64,000 bases of DNA from Haliotis cracherodii (Eukaryota), in NCBI RefSeq assembly GCF_022045235.1, contig NW_027266297.1:39990001-40054000 (forward strand), in the 5' to 3' direction. Position 1 is the first letter of the stretch. Each line of letters starts with the position of its first letter. Below, piece by piece: positions 49,883 through 63,189 of the stretch. Made by a program: the position numbers and the translations under genes. A model generated the notes under the pieces. It had not been told where the DNA came from and did not search any database. It worked only from the letters and a program-made list of their open reading frames with translations.

Positions 49883-50521
49883 ATATACCCGATGTAACAG
49901 CAAACTTAATTTATTCGGAAAACACTCTTACAATCTAATCAAAGTTTGTGCTGGTAATTCTTTCATAATGGGTGGTTTTGCAGGCTAAAGACCTTGACCA
50001 ATCGACATGACTACATGTATTTGTACATCTAATGTAGTGATACTTCAATAACATTTGTTTGGGTTTCATTCCAAAATCCAAACCAGAGAACCAGAACTAA
50101 CCGACGACACTTCATCATTGGATAAAGTATGATCGTGCACCACCAGTTGAGCTAATATCACATCACAACTTAGACACCTCATCGTAAGGAGGAAGTAGTG
50201 TAATCCTACCTTGCTCCAACTCATAACTGAACTGTAAATGAAATCCGCCTCACTCACCCCACCTTCCAGATATTGGAGGTCGTCAAATACATTTAGATGG
50301 CACGTTCTCCGCCCAAATCCAAAATTGAAGGACCTGCATATTCCATATGAAACACATTCAGCGGCACAGGAGAACAGAGATGATTTCTCGATAATCTTAA
50401 ACGTTGATCCCACTAGGTGTTTTCTATAATGAAGATCCGGCATACATGTATTTGTTACTGGTACCATACTCGAAAGTATCTGACAACAAATGTATATTAT
50501 TTCCAATTGCCTAAAGTGATG

Positions 50522-50790
50522 GACCCGTGAAGATTCCGGGTTAGAATAGGTCTTCAGCAACCCATGCATGCCGTAAAAGGCGACTATGCTTGTCGTAAAA
50601 GGCGACTAACGGGATCGGGTGGTCAGGCTCGCTGACTTGGTTGATACATGTCATCGGTCCCAATTGCGTGGATCGATGCTCATGATATTAATCACTGGAT
50701 TGTCTGGTCCAGACTCGATTATTTACAGACCGCCGTCATATAGCTGGAATATTGCTGAGTGCGGCGTCAATCAACAAACCAACCAACCAT
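50522..50790 (+). mobile_element. SINE family 4, young insertion in a coding exon
   Basis: Perfect 12-bp TSD CCTAAAGTGATG (50510-50521, 50791-50802); empty site visible in copy A. Confidence 0.95.
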
Positions 50791-51334
50791 CCTAAAGTGA
50801 TGAAAGAACATGATTTCAACATAAACACGGTGACAGTGGTTGTCCAAAATGTGATGAAGGAATTAACATGAAAATATTCAACAACGCTGCACTTATGTTT
50901 CACCTCTGGCACTGCGCATACACAGGAATCATCAATGAGAATATATATAATGAGAATATATTGCATATAGATTAGACTATATCCAACACTTGAAAAACAA
51001 TCTTCAAAACAATCGACACAATGCATAAAGAAAGGTTCGCTGAGTCTTTAACTGGAGACGTCAGTGGGTTGTTTTTTTAAAATCATTGCATCGATATTGT
51101 TTAGAGTCCACTTGATAGTTAGTTATTGATAATCAATACTTTGAATGTCAATATAGTAAATCAATAATGCATTGTGACAGGTCCATCACAATAGTGGTAA
51201 ACATTGGGAGAATTCAAGACAAAGCCTGCAACTGTAGTTGCCTTGCCATTGTTATAGCTAAACAGTCAGATCCATCTTTCAGAAAAAAGGAAACCTGTTA
51301 GGCAAGATTATCTGAACAGAGGGTGAGGTGAAAC

Positions 51335-51663
51335 GGGGTTTAACGACGGTTGAAGATTATGACACTTATATGGCGACACGAGTGTGTATGTGTGGCTGCT
51401 TGTGCTAGTCCGGACTGATGCCGATTTATAGTGCTAGCCCACTGAGATACAATACCGCAGTTTAACATGAATACCCCACTCAGACACAGTATACTGTGTC
51501 CGAACCGACCAGTCCTTGTTTTAGCGCCTTAATGCCGAGCGCCAGACAGGGTAACAACAAGTGCCATGTTTTAACGTCATTTGGTATGACGCGGCCGGAG
51601 ATCGAACCCCCGGACCTTTCGCTCTCGGGGCGGACGCTCTACCACTAGACCACGGAGGCGGTC
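51335..51663 (-). mobile_element. SINE family 3
   Basis: Reverse complement of 45732-46085; CTGAACA on both flanks. Confidence 0.85.
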
Positions 51664-52999
51664 CTGAACATCTAATCAATTAGTTTGGATTGACAAAAAA
51701 ATGCAACATGTACAAGGTAAACATCGGGCGGACAGACCGATGTATTTTATCTTGATACCTCAGGTTCAAAATAGTCACGAAATGCACCTATGTAGACATG
51801 TCTTCCACCGGATGAACTCTATTAACTTTGTGATATCGATTTCTTTCAATCGTAAATATTTGACAGCCAGATGCTGATAACACGATAAGGCATGCTGCGT
51901 TCTGTTTTGTTCTTGTAATGATGTTGTTTTTCATAAAACATGGATATGTATGTAATCATTAACAGTTTACAGTTTGGCCATCATGTGTACAAGAATTCTA
52001 GATTCCTATGGTAACCGTCTGAGGGACCGTCCATTTTATATTCTGGGGGGTGGCGGAGATATTTGTTTCCGCTACACCTGCAAAACCAGATAAATGTTTT
52101 AAATACAACTATGGGCATAAATTTTCTTTAAACCCAACTCACTCACTCACTCACTCACATTCACTCACTCACTCACAAAGGAATCAGAGACATGTAATAT
52201 GTTATGATGTATGTGGTGTTCGTTGTCAACACTGCCATCAGCGTAATTCGTTAATTATTTTTTTCAAAACCTAACATGAAGTTGTCATCTTTTGTAAATT
52301 CAAAATGAAATCGGCTATTAACTAAAGATGTCACACACAGAGGATGAAGCGAAGATATTAGCGATTAGAGTGTTAGTTTTATGATCTATGTCGATGAGGA
52401 GACACATACATGCTATATGTTATCATTATAAGGACCAGTGGACTAAAAATGTTAGGTTCTACCGCTGATTTGAAGAGGTGGCCGTGCTGGTTCTTTCACG
52501 ATGGTGACAACGTAGACGTATGAATCTGTCCTGTGCTCAAGTAGAGATACGTGTTATCCCGTGTGTCTCAAAACGGTTCCGCGGTCTTCTAATGGTGTTT
52601 GGGGCTACTTGGAAAAACCTGGCTACAGCCGAAAGATGATTCTCCTGTTTGCAGTCGGCCGATGGCGTTGTTGCGTTGGGCTTTCGTCATTCGTGGCCTG
52701 TTTTCGCATCGATCCCAATCTCTGCAGAGATGACCAATTCATTTTTGGTTTAAATTGTGTATGGATGTCGGCAACAGTCTGTCAGATATTTACAGTTTTA
52801 TTACTTTTGCGTTTCCTTTTTGCAGAATATATGAGCCTGTCTACATGAAAATACCATGCTCACATTCCATCCCGTCCCATACCCCTGGGGATCAGTGAGT
52901 GAGTGTTTAAGAAGTCTGGAATATTCCAGCTGTAATACATAGATTTTCCTATTGACAAGTCAAGACTTGCCCAGACAGTCCAGTGTCTAAAAAAAATGA

Positions 53000-53276
53000 G
53001 GGGGCGCGGGTGGCCCAGTCGTCTAAGGCGCCGCGATTCGCTGTGCAGAGTTGCGTCCCTTGGACACGCCAGAAACCTATGATTGTGGGTTCGAATCTCG
53101 GTTCGCCCCGATTATGTTTCTAGGTTTGTCAGCACCATACCCGTGCCTGTGGGTTTCACCGAAGTGGTAAACGTCTGAGACCTGCATCACTTCGGGCTTT
53201 CCTCCCACATTAAGCTGACACGCCGTGATATAACTGGAATAATGTTAAAAGCGGCGTTAAACCCAACTCACTCACT
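53000..53276 (+). mobile_element. SINE family 2, full length
   Basis: tRNA-Leu-like head GGTGGCCCAGTCGTCTAAGGCG..GGTTCGAATC; shared 3' tail; ACTC repeats. Confidence 0.88.
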
Positions 53277-53469
53277 TAAACATGAGCATTGACCCACGCT
53301 GTCGATACGATGACACGCTCAGCGAGATCAGACAGAGCCATCATAGTCGATATTAGGTAATTTCCTAGAATCCCTACAGGTGCTTACAGCATCATTTCAT
53401 TTGTCAACTAGCAGTCTTGTACTTACTGATATTAGGTAAAATGGGGTCTAATGTTCGAGTTTATTTCAC

Positions 53470-53712
53470 TTATATAGCGACGTGATTGCACGTTGTGGCT
53501 GCTTGTACTAGTCCAAACTTACGCCGGTTTTACAGTCCTAACCCATTGAGATACCATGCCGCAGTTTAACATGAATACCCCTCTCAGACACAGTATACTG
53601 AACCCGAGACGACTAGTCCGTGTTTTATCCTCTAATGCCGAGCAACAAGAACCATTTTAACGTCTTTGGCATGACGCGACCAGGAGATCGAACCGCCGAC
53701 CTCTAAGCGGAT
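53470..53712 (-). mobile_element. SINE family 3 (diverged)
   Basis: GTGGCTGCTTGTACTAGTCC...CAGACACAGTATACTG...GATCGAACC. Confidence 0.75.
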
Positions 53713-54150
53713 TGGACACAATCTGCACCATTCGTCACCACTCGCCCCTTTCCGTAACCTTCAAGAAGATCTTCGGCTTGTCCCGGAATAACACGAGTTG
53801 GACACGAATGAATCTGCACTAGGCTTTATCACATGCACGTATTTACTCCTCAGTTAGAGTGACTCGTTTTTGATGACTTCTGAACTTCTGAAATATAGAC
53901 GCTGTATAATGTCCTTTCTATTTTTAGATGTCATTTTTCAATAAATCGTGAATGAAAACAGAAGTAATTTAAATGGGTGTTCTGTTATTTTCACTGAAAA
54001 TAGTTATTTAACTTGATGTATATGAGATGAGACTATCAAAGTAAGCGTACAACTGAAACAAATGAATGTTACTTCGTGACCCACGAAGGCGTTTCTTTCT
54101 AGAGGTCTGCATATTGATGAGCTTGTTGGGAGTTACGTACCTTTGAACAC

Positions 54151-54158
54151 TGACGTCA
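54151..54158. promoter_or_regulatory. Palindromic CRE-like site in a possible syntaxin promoter
   Basis: TGACGTCA ~3.2 kb upstream of the first coding exon; candidate non-coding exon donor near 54392; no transcript evidence. Confidence 0.25.
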
Positions 54159-55809
54159 CGTAATGGAGGAAAGTGGGAAGTAGGTGGGTTTGGTCGCAAA
54201 ATGTGTTTATGTTGTGATTTAAAAAGGGTTATGTTCCTTGAGATTTATGGAATAGAAAATTGAGAAAGATAACATGTTGGCTAAAAGGGCAGGAACATGC
54301 AGTTTACTTCATCGTTGAAAATACGGAAAATCAGAGATTGACAGATGATAATTTTGTAAAATAACTTGCCTAATCACAACGGTTCCAGAAAGGTGTGAGT
54401 TTTGTTATAATTATAGTTTCTTACTCACCATCACATGTTGTCTCGTATATATTTAGTAATCATCATGGGATTTCACACAAACTTATAATAATAAAATTGC
54501 AATTAATGGACAGAGCTTTGTATTTATTTAACATGTAGATCCAGTAATCCTGTTGATCCCCAATCCACTGTGCAGGCCCATTGGTGATTGACTGTTCATC
54601 TTCAGCCAAATGAATCTGTTCTCTGAGAAGACTGTCTGTCCTTGCACTTGTTGTTTACCTAAAATAATTGTTGTTCCTTGTGGATGAACAAGGGATATAC
54701 AACTTAGTACAATGAATGCAACGTTTCGGTTTTGATACTAACACCGTAATGAAGTAAGTTATGAACAGCAATGTGAGCACATCACTAAATTGTTCATTAT
54801 ATATTATGATATATTCCCATTAACACATATATAGTAATCCTTCTCATCTTAATTCTGGTTTCCAATCAAATTGTCCATACCAATCACTGTATCGTTTTTC
54901 TATCATGCCTTCCTAATACTATTCATTCTATATGTAGAACTACATCAATCAGGCATTATACTTTAACCTTATCTGTTGTGTAAACATCAATCTATCATCA
55001 TTAAATCTTGAACAAACATCACTTATCCACATGAATATAAACTTCCAGGGCTTGCAATACGAAGTGCCACCGTGACCATGACACACATAAAATAGGAAAT
55101 GGTATGCTTGAATTTTGTGGCCAGTGCCTCGTGTCTTGTCAAAATTAACTGTAATGAAAGAGTTTTGGTTATTAGTTGCATGTTCCACAATCGCTAAACA
55201 ACTTCCTGCATTATTAGGCGATTTCGGTTGACTGTATCTACATGATCTAAGATACGTTTGACAAAATCTTCAATATTGGTCAAAGTTTTAATGGAAGATC
55301 ATGAATATTACGTAGGCCTTGGGTTTAAATGTATCGCGTCTTTTCGTATTTTGACGGAATATTATGTAGGTCTTGTAGTTCAAACAGAAGTGTTTATTCA
55401 CTGATTCGCGATCTGATACATCATGTACATGTCACGATATTTTATCTGTGGTGCGTAAGCCATCCTTTTCATAGGATGGCCAAATACCCGGCACATTAAT
55501 GATTTACAACTGGCAGTGGCAAGTATGGCACAATGGAGGAAAATATTTACGTTTTCACTCCTCATTTTCACTTTTAGTTAGTGTTTGGTGTAACATTTAC
55601 TGAAGCATACATTTAACATTTATAGGTAAGAATCGATACTTTTTAATTAGTATGTGATTGTGATCATTACTTGTAACGAGAAGTGAAAACTTGCAATCTA
55701 CGGATGCATACTCGTGCGTATCATCCCACTACTATGTTGAACACAGTTGGTCTTTGTACACATTGTGATGCTTTAGCTATTGGGCAGTTTGGCAAGGACT
55801 ATAGTTCTG

Positions 55810-55916
55810 GGTGCCGTTGTACAAAGCGATCTTAGCGCTAAGGTGATCGTAACTCCCATACCTTAACATACACTTACAACAGTCATAGCGCTAAGGTTGT
55901 TTTGTACAACGGCACC
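55810..55916. mobile_element. MITE, PIF/Harbinger-like
   Basis: TIR GGTGCCGTTGTACAAA / TTTGTACAACGGCACC with 3-bp CTG flanks. Confidence 0.7.
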
Positions 55917-56260
55917 CTGGTGCCAATTTGTATCACTGTTGTTTAAGAATGAGCTTGCCATATCCACCCAGTGGGAAGCTCTCCTTCTGATATTGCTTGT
56001 GCTGAGCACTGTCAGGCTTATTTCGTGTTACGAGGTTATGAAATGTTGGTTACTTGTGGTCCTGATTTATTTCTTAGACTTAACTTAGATAATTTGAGAT
56101 CGCAAGAATCACAGGAATGGATCCAGGGGTTTGTGTTGGTTTACCGAAATGGAGATACAGAGGATGCAACAAAACTGGCCCTCCAAAACCCACAATAGCC
56201 CACAGGGTGAATGGTTTATCATGTTTATTGGTCCAGGAATGATACCAATATTAATAAAAG

Positions 56261-56425
56261 GTGGCGCTGTGGGGTAGCCTAGTGTTCAAAGCGTTCGCTC
56301 GTCACACTGTAAGCCCGGGTTCGATTTCCCACATGGGTACAATGTGTGAGGCCCATTTCTGGTGTCCCCAGCCGTGATATTGCTGGAATATTGCTAAAAG
56401 CGGCATGAAACCCAACTCACTCACT
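56261..56425 (+). mobile_element. SINE family 1
   Basis: Family consensus; further copies at ~56875-57040, 62331-62496 and 63475-63635. Confidence 0.85.
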
Positions 56426-56505
56426 ATGAACATGATGAACAGGATGAATAAATGGTACTACTACCTGCAATGGCAAGTAGATGTGTGAAGAGGCTATCAG
56501 CTTAA

Positions 56506-56678
56506 TACAGTAAACTACGGTTATACCGAACCCAAAGGGAACACTGATGTTAGTTCGTTATGAACATAGTTTCTTACATGTATAAGCATATGTACAGCAA
56601 GTGGCCAGGGCCAAAAAATAATTTGTTATATTGGTCAGTTCGTTATAAGCGTGTTCGTTATAAATGTAGTTTAGTGTA
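56506..56678. mobile_element. MITE, pogo/Tigger-like
   Basis: TA-CAGTAAACTACGGTTATA.CGAAC ... GTTCGTTATAAATGTAGTTTAGTG-TA; one end also present at 45260-45320. Confidence 0.7.
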
Positions 56679-57324
56679 TTGGGTAGTCACTTACTGTGCC
56701 CACTTCAAATAATATCGGGCTTCTTGCCAATACATCTGACCATAGGCCAAATGACCGGAGAGTGTAAGTCAATTGTACACTGACATCCCTCACAACAAAT
56801 ATCTCATTTTATTCTTTTTAATTTTCACGTGATCAGACAATGTTGTGGTCCTTACTTTTGTCTTCCAAAGTTTGGTCCGTGGGATAACGGTAGAGTAGTT
56901 AAGGGTTCGTTCGTCAAGCCAAAGATCAGAATTCTATTCCCTACATGGATACAATGTGTGAAGCCATTTCTTGTGTCCCCTGCCATGATATTGTTGAATA
57001 TTGCAAAAAGCAGCGTAAAACCGTACTCACTCACTCACTCTTTGAAAGTGTGTACCATATTGACTGTGATCATGGTGAGATATGCAGAATTTGCTGAAAA
57101 ATTAACTGGAGAATATGTGATGTAGCCTGTTTTTGGCATTGTGTTGTTTTAGCTGGCAGTCAAATGACACTGACAAGAAAGTACAGGAGAGGAGATTAAT
57201 TCCAGTTAAGTATAATTTTATATTCATGTTCACAGCAACGTTTCATCAATTTGTTTTCAGATTGAACACTACCCAATAAGAATTACATTTGTGACACACC
57301 GGAAACAATTTAGCAGCTGGAATC

Positions 57325-60300
57325 ATGGCATCATATGGCAGAGGATCGTTTGATGGGTTCTCCGGTTACCAAGGCGGAAGCTCTGGAGGGTACCAGGGAA
57401 GGGGAGGTAACTTTGTCAGGATTGATTTTTGTTGTTGTTTAATGCCACACTGAGCAATATGTCAGCTATACAATCATAACATTACTAAAAACCAATTCCA
57501 GGTTTAAGGCCAAAGTTGATGTGTGTTTGTTTGCTGGTTAATGCTAATGCTCAGCAATATTCCAGTTATAGGATGGCAGCCTTTAAATAATCGAATATGG
57601 ATGAGACAATCCAGTGATTGACATCATACACATCACTCCACACAGTGTATTTGCATAGAATGATATGCCATCAACCATGTCACCATTTTGTCGGCTATTA
57701 TGACAAGCATAGGTTGCAAGAAGTGTCCAAATAACTGCCTGCCCGCTGCTGGCGACTTTTCTGTTGGGCTGGATTAAATTTGCCTCCACCTGCCAGACTG
57801 TCTGGCAGATAATTTTTAAGACTACTTACGTAATAGCACAGATTTAATTGGTTCCCATTATTAGGTTTGCATTGAGCTGATTGTCGGATAAATGAGTGTC
57901 AGAATTATCAAGACTTGATTGTATATTCTTATCTTATGATACACCGGAAGTTTCAGGACAAACAACAACTTTTGACACCTGATAATGTCTTGAACCTTTC
58001 ATGGTATCAGATCGGTTCATTTTCTAGGACATTGACTGATTGTCATCCAAAACAACGTGAAGATCGTTTTCAAATTTGGTAATCAAAGGGAAGATTGTAC
58101 GCTCAAGAGTTGGTACAATCTTTGAAATGTCCTATTGCCATTTGTATCCATCCAAATCACTGTGGATTTGAGCTTAAACAGTACACCAACAGGGGTTTAT
58201 CCAGACCTGCTCAGTGGCCGATATTAGGTCCCAAGTTCTGAATAAATAAACTTGGTTTAACAAATATCCTATTCATGTAATCATAGTTATAACTGATGTT
58301 ATGGCTTTGTGAATGTAACTGTATAGCACTGGTTACAAGACCAATAAAGAGGAAAAGGCTTCAATGCTTAGTTTTACATGTATATTACAATTAGGGCTGG
58401 CAATGAAGATCGATAATAGGAAATATCAAAGATGGGAAAAAATATTAAAGATTATCGATATGAAAATTGTGTATCGATAATATCTTACATAAACTATTGT
58501 GATGTAATAAAGTTTAGTTTTACCAAAACAAATCTGTTATTGTCAAGAATGTCAATTTCTCAAAATGGAAAGTAACTGTTTTTCTTATGTCTCAAATGTC
58601 CACAAAGTAATCCATGCATAAACATGATAAATGTGCCAGTGGAGTGAAATATGTTGATTCCTTTCAGAATTTCATTTGCATATTTTCTCAAAGTTACTTC
58701 TCCGATATTTATTGATAATTGATCAATATTTGGTTAACGATTATCAATCTCTATGATCTGTATCGATAACCAGCCATAATAATACCTCAGAATTTAGGTA
58801 GAGAAGAACTTTTAAGAAATCCCAATTTGCCTGCCAAGATGCAGTATTTGCCTGCCAAGATGCAGCATGTGCCTGCCAAGATGCAGTATGTGCCTGCCAA
58901 GATGCAGTATGTGCCTGCCAAGATGCAGCATGTGCCTGCCAAGATGCAGCATGTGCCTGCCAAGATGCAGCATGTGCCTGCCAAGATGCAGCATGTGCCT
59001 GCCAGGATGCAGTATGTGCCTGCCAAGATGCAGTATGTGCCTGTCAAGATGCAGCATGTGCATGCCAAGATGCAGTATGTGCATGCCAAGATGCAGTATG
59101 TGCCATGATCCTTTCTTCAACAGCTGGAATATTGCTGACAGAGGAAACAACATTCAGTCACTCATTCACATTCGGATTAATCACGAGACCCTTTTTATTG
59201 TAAATTGTCCAATTTCAGGATAAGAGCTGATATTTACAATGATTTAAGGTCTGTTTGTCATGGGCTCACCTAACTCACTCATGCTTTATTCTTCTCTCTT
59301 TGTACAGCTGATGGAGCCAGTGACCATACTAGACTTGCTCAGAGTGTTGGTAACAATATTCAGAAAATTACACAAAATGGTAAGTAAAGAGTTGTGAACA
59401 TGATGTAATACAACAAGCCATAACCTAAATAACTCATTTACCGTATATCCCTGTGTATAACATGGTATAAGGCGAGTGTTTCGTACCAAGAATAAAGAGG
59501 TATGTACTAAAACATTCTGAAAATGCATATTCAAATTTTTGAAATATTATAGCTGAGGTTGGTAGATTGGTAATGCCACAATATTTTTGCAGATCATTTA
59601 TCTGTAACAATTATCATCTTTTCTTGTTAAAATTCAGTTGCCCAGATTCAGAGGTTTGTTGCCCAGATTGGAACAAGGGACGACTCAGATGACATCAGGA
59701 ACAGAGTGTGAGTGTCACCAACCAGTAAGGCCCCCATAAAAGTATTATGCGTCTTTTGGTTGGCCTAAAATGTTGAGAAGAAGTGACTTTTCAACCATTT
59801 GTTTTACAAACCTTTTACATGATACACTACCCCGAACGGTACAATCTTTTATATCTGGGGGGGGAAACTAAGTTTTCTATGGTATTGAATCCTTTTCACA
59901 GCATTTCTTAAAAGTTCAGTCGAATGATGTCTGAACTCCACTCGACAATCCCAAAAGGTCTTATGTCACGTATATAATCTTCCCCCTCAACATACACACG
60001 ATATGCATCAGTTTGAACTTTCGTTTTGGAGAATGGAGGTTAGAGTTACTTGTTCTTGATTAAAATTGGGGACCAGAAACGAAATACTTAGTTGAGGGGC
60101 CTAACGCTCAGTTCTGATCATTGGATTTATCCAGCTCACATCCCTTTCTTCACTATAACTGATCAGTACCTATACTACTGAATGTGAAGACAAGCTAGGC
60201 CATGTTCATTTTTCTTTATTGCTGGTATTCAGTTTAAATGAAGTTGTTATGTGATTTGTTAGAATTGTTGCTGACTTGGTTGATTCATGTCATCGTATCC

Positions 60301-63176
60301 CAAGTGCGTGGATCGATGCTCATGATGTCAGTCACTAGATTGTCTGGTCCAGACAATTGTGCTACAAGTCATTGTGACTGAAGCCATGTACCATAACCAA
60401 TGGTAAGTGTTGTTCCTGGCTGTTTGCAGGCATCAGACGACCCACTACACCAACCAGCTGGCCAAGGAGACCAACACCCATCTGCAGGAACTGGCTCATC
60501 TACCTGCCCCAAGCAACCCATCAGAACAGGTCAGCTCCTAGTGTACCAAGTCTATGCTCTTGTAATCAGAGAGCGTCCATCGCTCTGTCATCCAATACTG
60601 TAAGCAGTAGGTTAATGTAGTAATGGGTGGGGACAGGGTCAGAACAGGTCAGCTCCTAGTGTACCGTGAAGATCCGGGTTCGAATAGGTCTTCAGCCACC
60701 CATCTTGCTATAAAAGGCGACTATGTTTGTCATAAGAGGCGACTAACGGGATCGGCTGGTCGTGCTCGCAGACTTGGTGGATGCATGTCATTGTATCCCA
60801 ATTGCGTCCAGGCTCGATTATTAACAGATTGTCATCATATGGCAGGAATATTTCTGAATGGCATTAAACAAAGAAACAAACATCAACCAAGGCTTTTAAC
60901 CAAATGCCTTGAATTGGCGTTTTGAAATTATTTTTGCCATATTGATGCTTTATTTCTGAATGTGGCATTAAACAACATACAAACAAATTTCAGAGACAGT
61001 TTAAGATGCAAAAGGAGCGTCTGACGGAGGAGTTCAGCAATGCACTGAAGAACTTCCAGACTGCCCAGCGCACGGCCGCGGAGAAGGAAAAGGCCAGCAT
61101 GGCACGGGCGCGTGCACATTCCGGAACAGCAGCCATGAAGGTGGGTGCATCTATGAAGGCTTCGGCTGCATGATGAGGCACAGTGACTGGTTAATGATGT
61201 GTGCTTCTCACGCACTTGCTAGAAATAATACAACTTTGATCAGTGTGTTTTAATGGAGAAAATATTTAATTTGATTTGCATTTAGGGGTGGATGATATTT
61301 CATATTTCTTAATTTTCAGTCTCCATTTGATGACTTCCCATCACCAACAGAGGATCAGAGTATGGCCCCCGGGTAGGTGACTATATCTCAGATGAAAGAC
61401 ACTCGTAAACTCTGTTGACAAAAGGAGCTGTAAGCTTGCTGATGCAGCATTAAGTAGTTACATCACTCACTCAAGTATTGTGTCTCTTGCATTGGTATCT
61501 ATGGTGAGGGATCAAACACTGATATCTGCAGTGAGGGATCAAACACTGATATCTTTGGTGAGGGATCAAACATTGGTATCTTTGGTGAGGGATCAAACAC
61601 TGGTATCTTTGGTGAGGGATCAAACACTGGTATCTTTGGTGAGGGATCAAACACTGGTATCTTTGGTGAGGGATCAAACACTGGTATCTTTGGTGAGGGA
61701 TCAAACACTGGTATCTTTGAGAAGGGATCAAACACTAGTATCTTTGTTGAGGGACCAAACAGTGGTATCAGCAGTGAGGGATCAAACACTGGTATCTTTG
61801 CTGAGGGATCAAACACTGGTATCTGCGGTGAGGGATCAAACACTGGTATCTGTAGTGAGGGATCAAACTTTGGTATCTGCGGTGATGGATCAAACACTGG
61901 TATCTTTGGTGAGGGATCAAACACTGGTATCTTTGGTGAGGGATCAAATACTTGTATCTTTGACCAAGGATCAAACACTGGTATCTGTGGTGAGGGATCA
62001 AGTACTGGTATCTTTGGTGAGGGATCAAACACTGGTATCTTTGGTGAGGGATCAAACACTGGTATCTTTGGTGAGGGATCAAACACTGGTATCTTTGGTG
62101 AGGGATCAAATACTGGTATCTTTGGTCCAGGATCAAACACATGCTTATGTTTGAGTCACATTTAATGTTCATGACCTGACTGACTGTAATGTGTTGATTT
62201 CCAGCTTCTCTCAAACCAAAGCTGTGCTGCAGATGGAGCAGGATGTGGATCTGGATCTGCTTAGGGAGAGGGAGGATGCCATCAAGAAACTAGAGGTCAG
62301 CAACAATTTTTGATACTTAATGAATAAGGTAGGGGTGGTCAGGTAGCCTAGTGGTTAAAGCGCACGATTGTCACGCAGAAGACCCGGGTTCGATTCCCGA
62401 CATGGGTACAATGTGTGAAGCCCATTTCTGGTGTCCCCCGCAGTGATATTGCTGGAAAATTGCTAAAAGTGACGTAAAACCACACTCACTCACTCATGAA
62501 TAAAGGTAGGAAGTGCCTGGCGCTATAGTTTAAGTCACCGCCATCCGTTGTGCAGAGTTACGTCCCTTAATGAACCAGGAATACAAACCCCAGATTCAAC
62601 ATGATTTTATTTCTAGGTTGTCGGCAATATACACTTGCTGATGGGTATCACGAAAGTGGAAATTCTCTAAAATCTGTTTTCTTCCTTCATCAAGCTCAGC
62701 TATTACTAAGATACTGGTCAAAGTGGCATTACATCAAATCCACTGTTCAGGCACTATAACCTGAGACCTGACTAGATTCCGTGCCTTTGCCATGGAAGTT
62801 ACACGTCTATGACCGTCTGTACTTAGGGCTCACTTCCCACATTATGTTGAAATGGCGAAATATACCTGAAATGTAGAAAATACTGACAAGAGCATAAAAT
62901 AACATTCACTTACACATGCCTTTGATAAATAGTAAGTTGAAGCCCATGTCTTGGTCATTGCTCATGTGTACACTGATGTCACTAAGCAGGGGCTTGGTTG
63001 TAATCATAATAAGAACATTTCTACATCAACTGAAATGAAATCCCTGCTACAATCTTTGTGACTGCTCATGTTACTTTCTGACTCCAACCTTTGTACTTTC
63101 CAGCACGACATCATGGATGTAAATCAGATCTTCAAAGACCTGGGCATGTTGGTACACGAACAAGGAGAGGTTCTGG
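57325..63176 (+). CDS. STX7: Syntaxin-7/12-like endosomal Qa-SNARE (partial; continues beyond the window)
   Basis: Exons 57325-57406, 59308-59379 (RLAQSVGNNIQKITQN), 59638-59707, 60430-60529 (YTNQLAKET), 60994-61140 (QKERLTEEFSNALKNFQ), 61320-61372, 62205-62295 (LLREREDAIKKLE) and 63104-63176 (DIMDVNQIFKDLGMLVHEQG). GT-AG introns, phases consistent; STX7 vs STX12 orthology not resolvable by eye. Confidence 0.92.
58828..59105. repeat. 21-bp minisatellite (~13 units), intronic
   Basis: GCCTGCCAAGATGCAG(C/T)ATGT repeated head to tail. Confidence 0.95.
60665..60890 (+). mobile_element. SINE family 4 (diverged)
   Basis: CGTGAAGATCCGGGTT.GAATAGGTCTTCAGC...AAAAGGCGACTATG. Confidence 0.8.
61485..62140. 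repeat. 27-bp minisatellite (~24 units), intronic
   Basis: GGTGAGGGATCAAACACTGGTATCTTT repeated head to tail. Confidence 0.95.
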
Positions 63177-63189
63177 GTAGGTACCTGTC

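Larger units (their letters stand above)
48847..50811 (-). pseudogene. Array copy D: PAN/Apple + EGF-like gene without lectin exons, exon 1 interrupted by a SINE
   Basis: Exon 1 50811-50210 with a SINE at 50522-50790; exon 2 49405-49323 (TTLGHCHNILCRYTQRC); putative exon 3 48946-48847 (ILHCGLPVES...). Confidence 0.7.

Noticed and set aside
58787-59223. Repetitive ORFs on both strands (MPAKMQY.., CSMCLPR..)
   Set aside because: Translations of a 21-bp intronic minisatellite; a unit length divisible by 3 keeps the frames open
61471-62214. 213-224 aa repetitive ORFs or a CRISPR-like array
   Set aside because: 27-bp head-to-tail minisatellite in a syntaxin intron; no unique spacers, eukaryotic context
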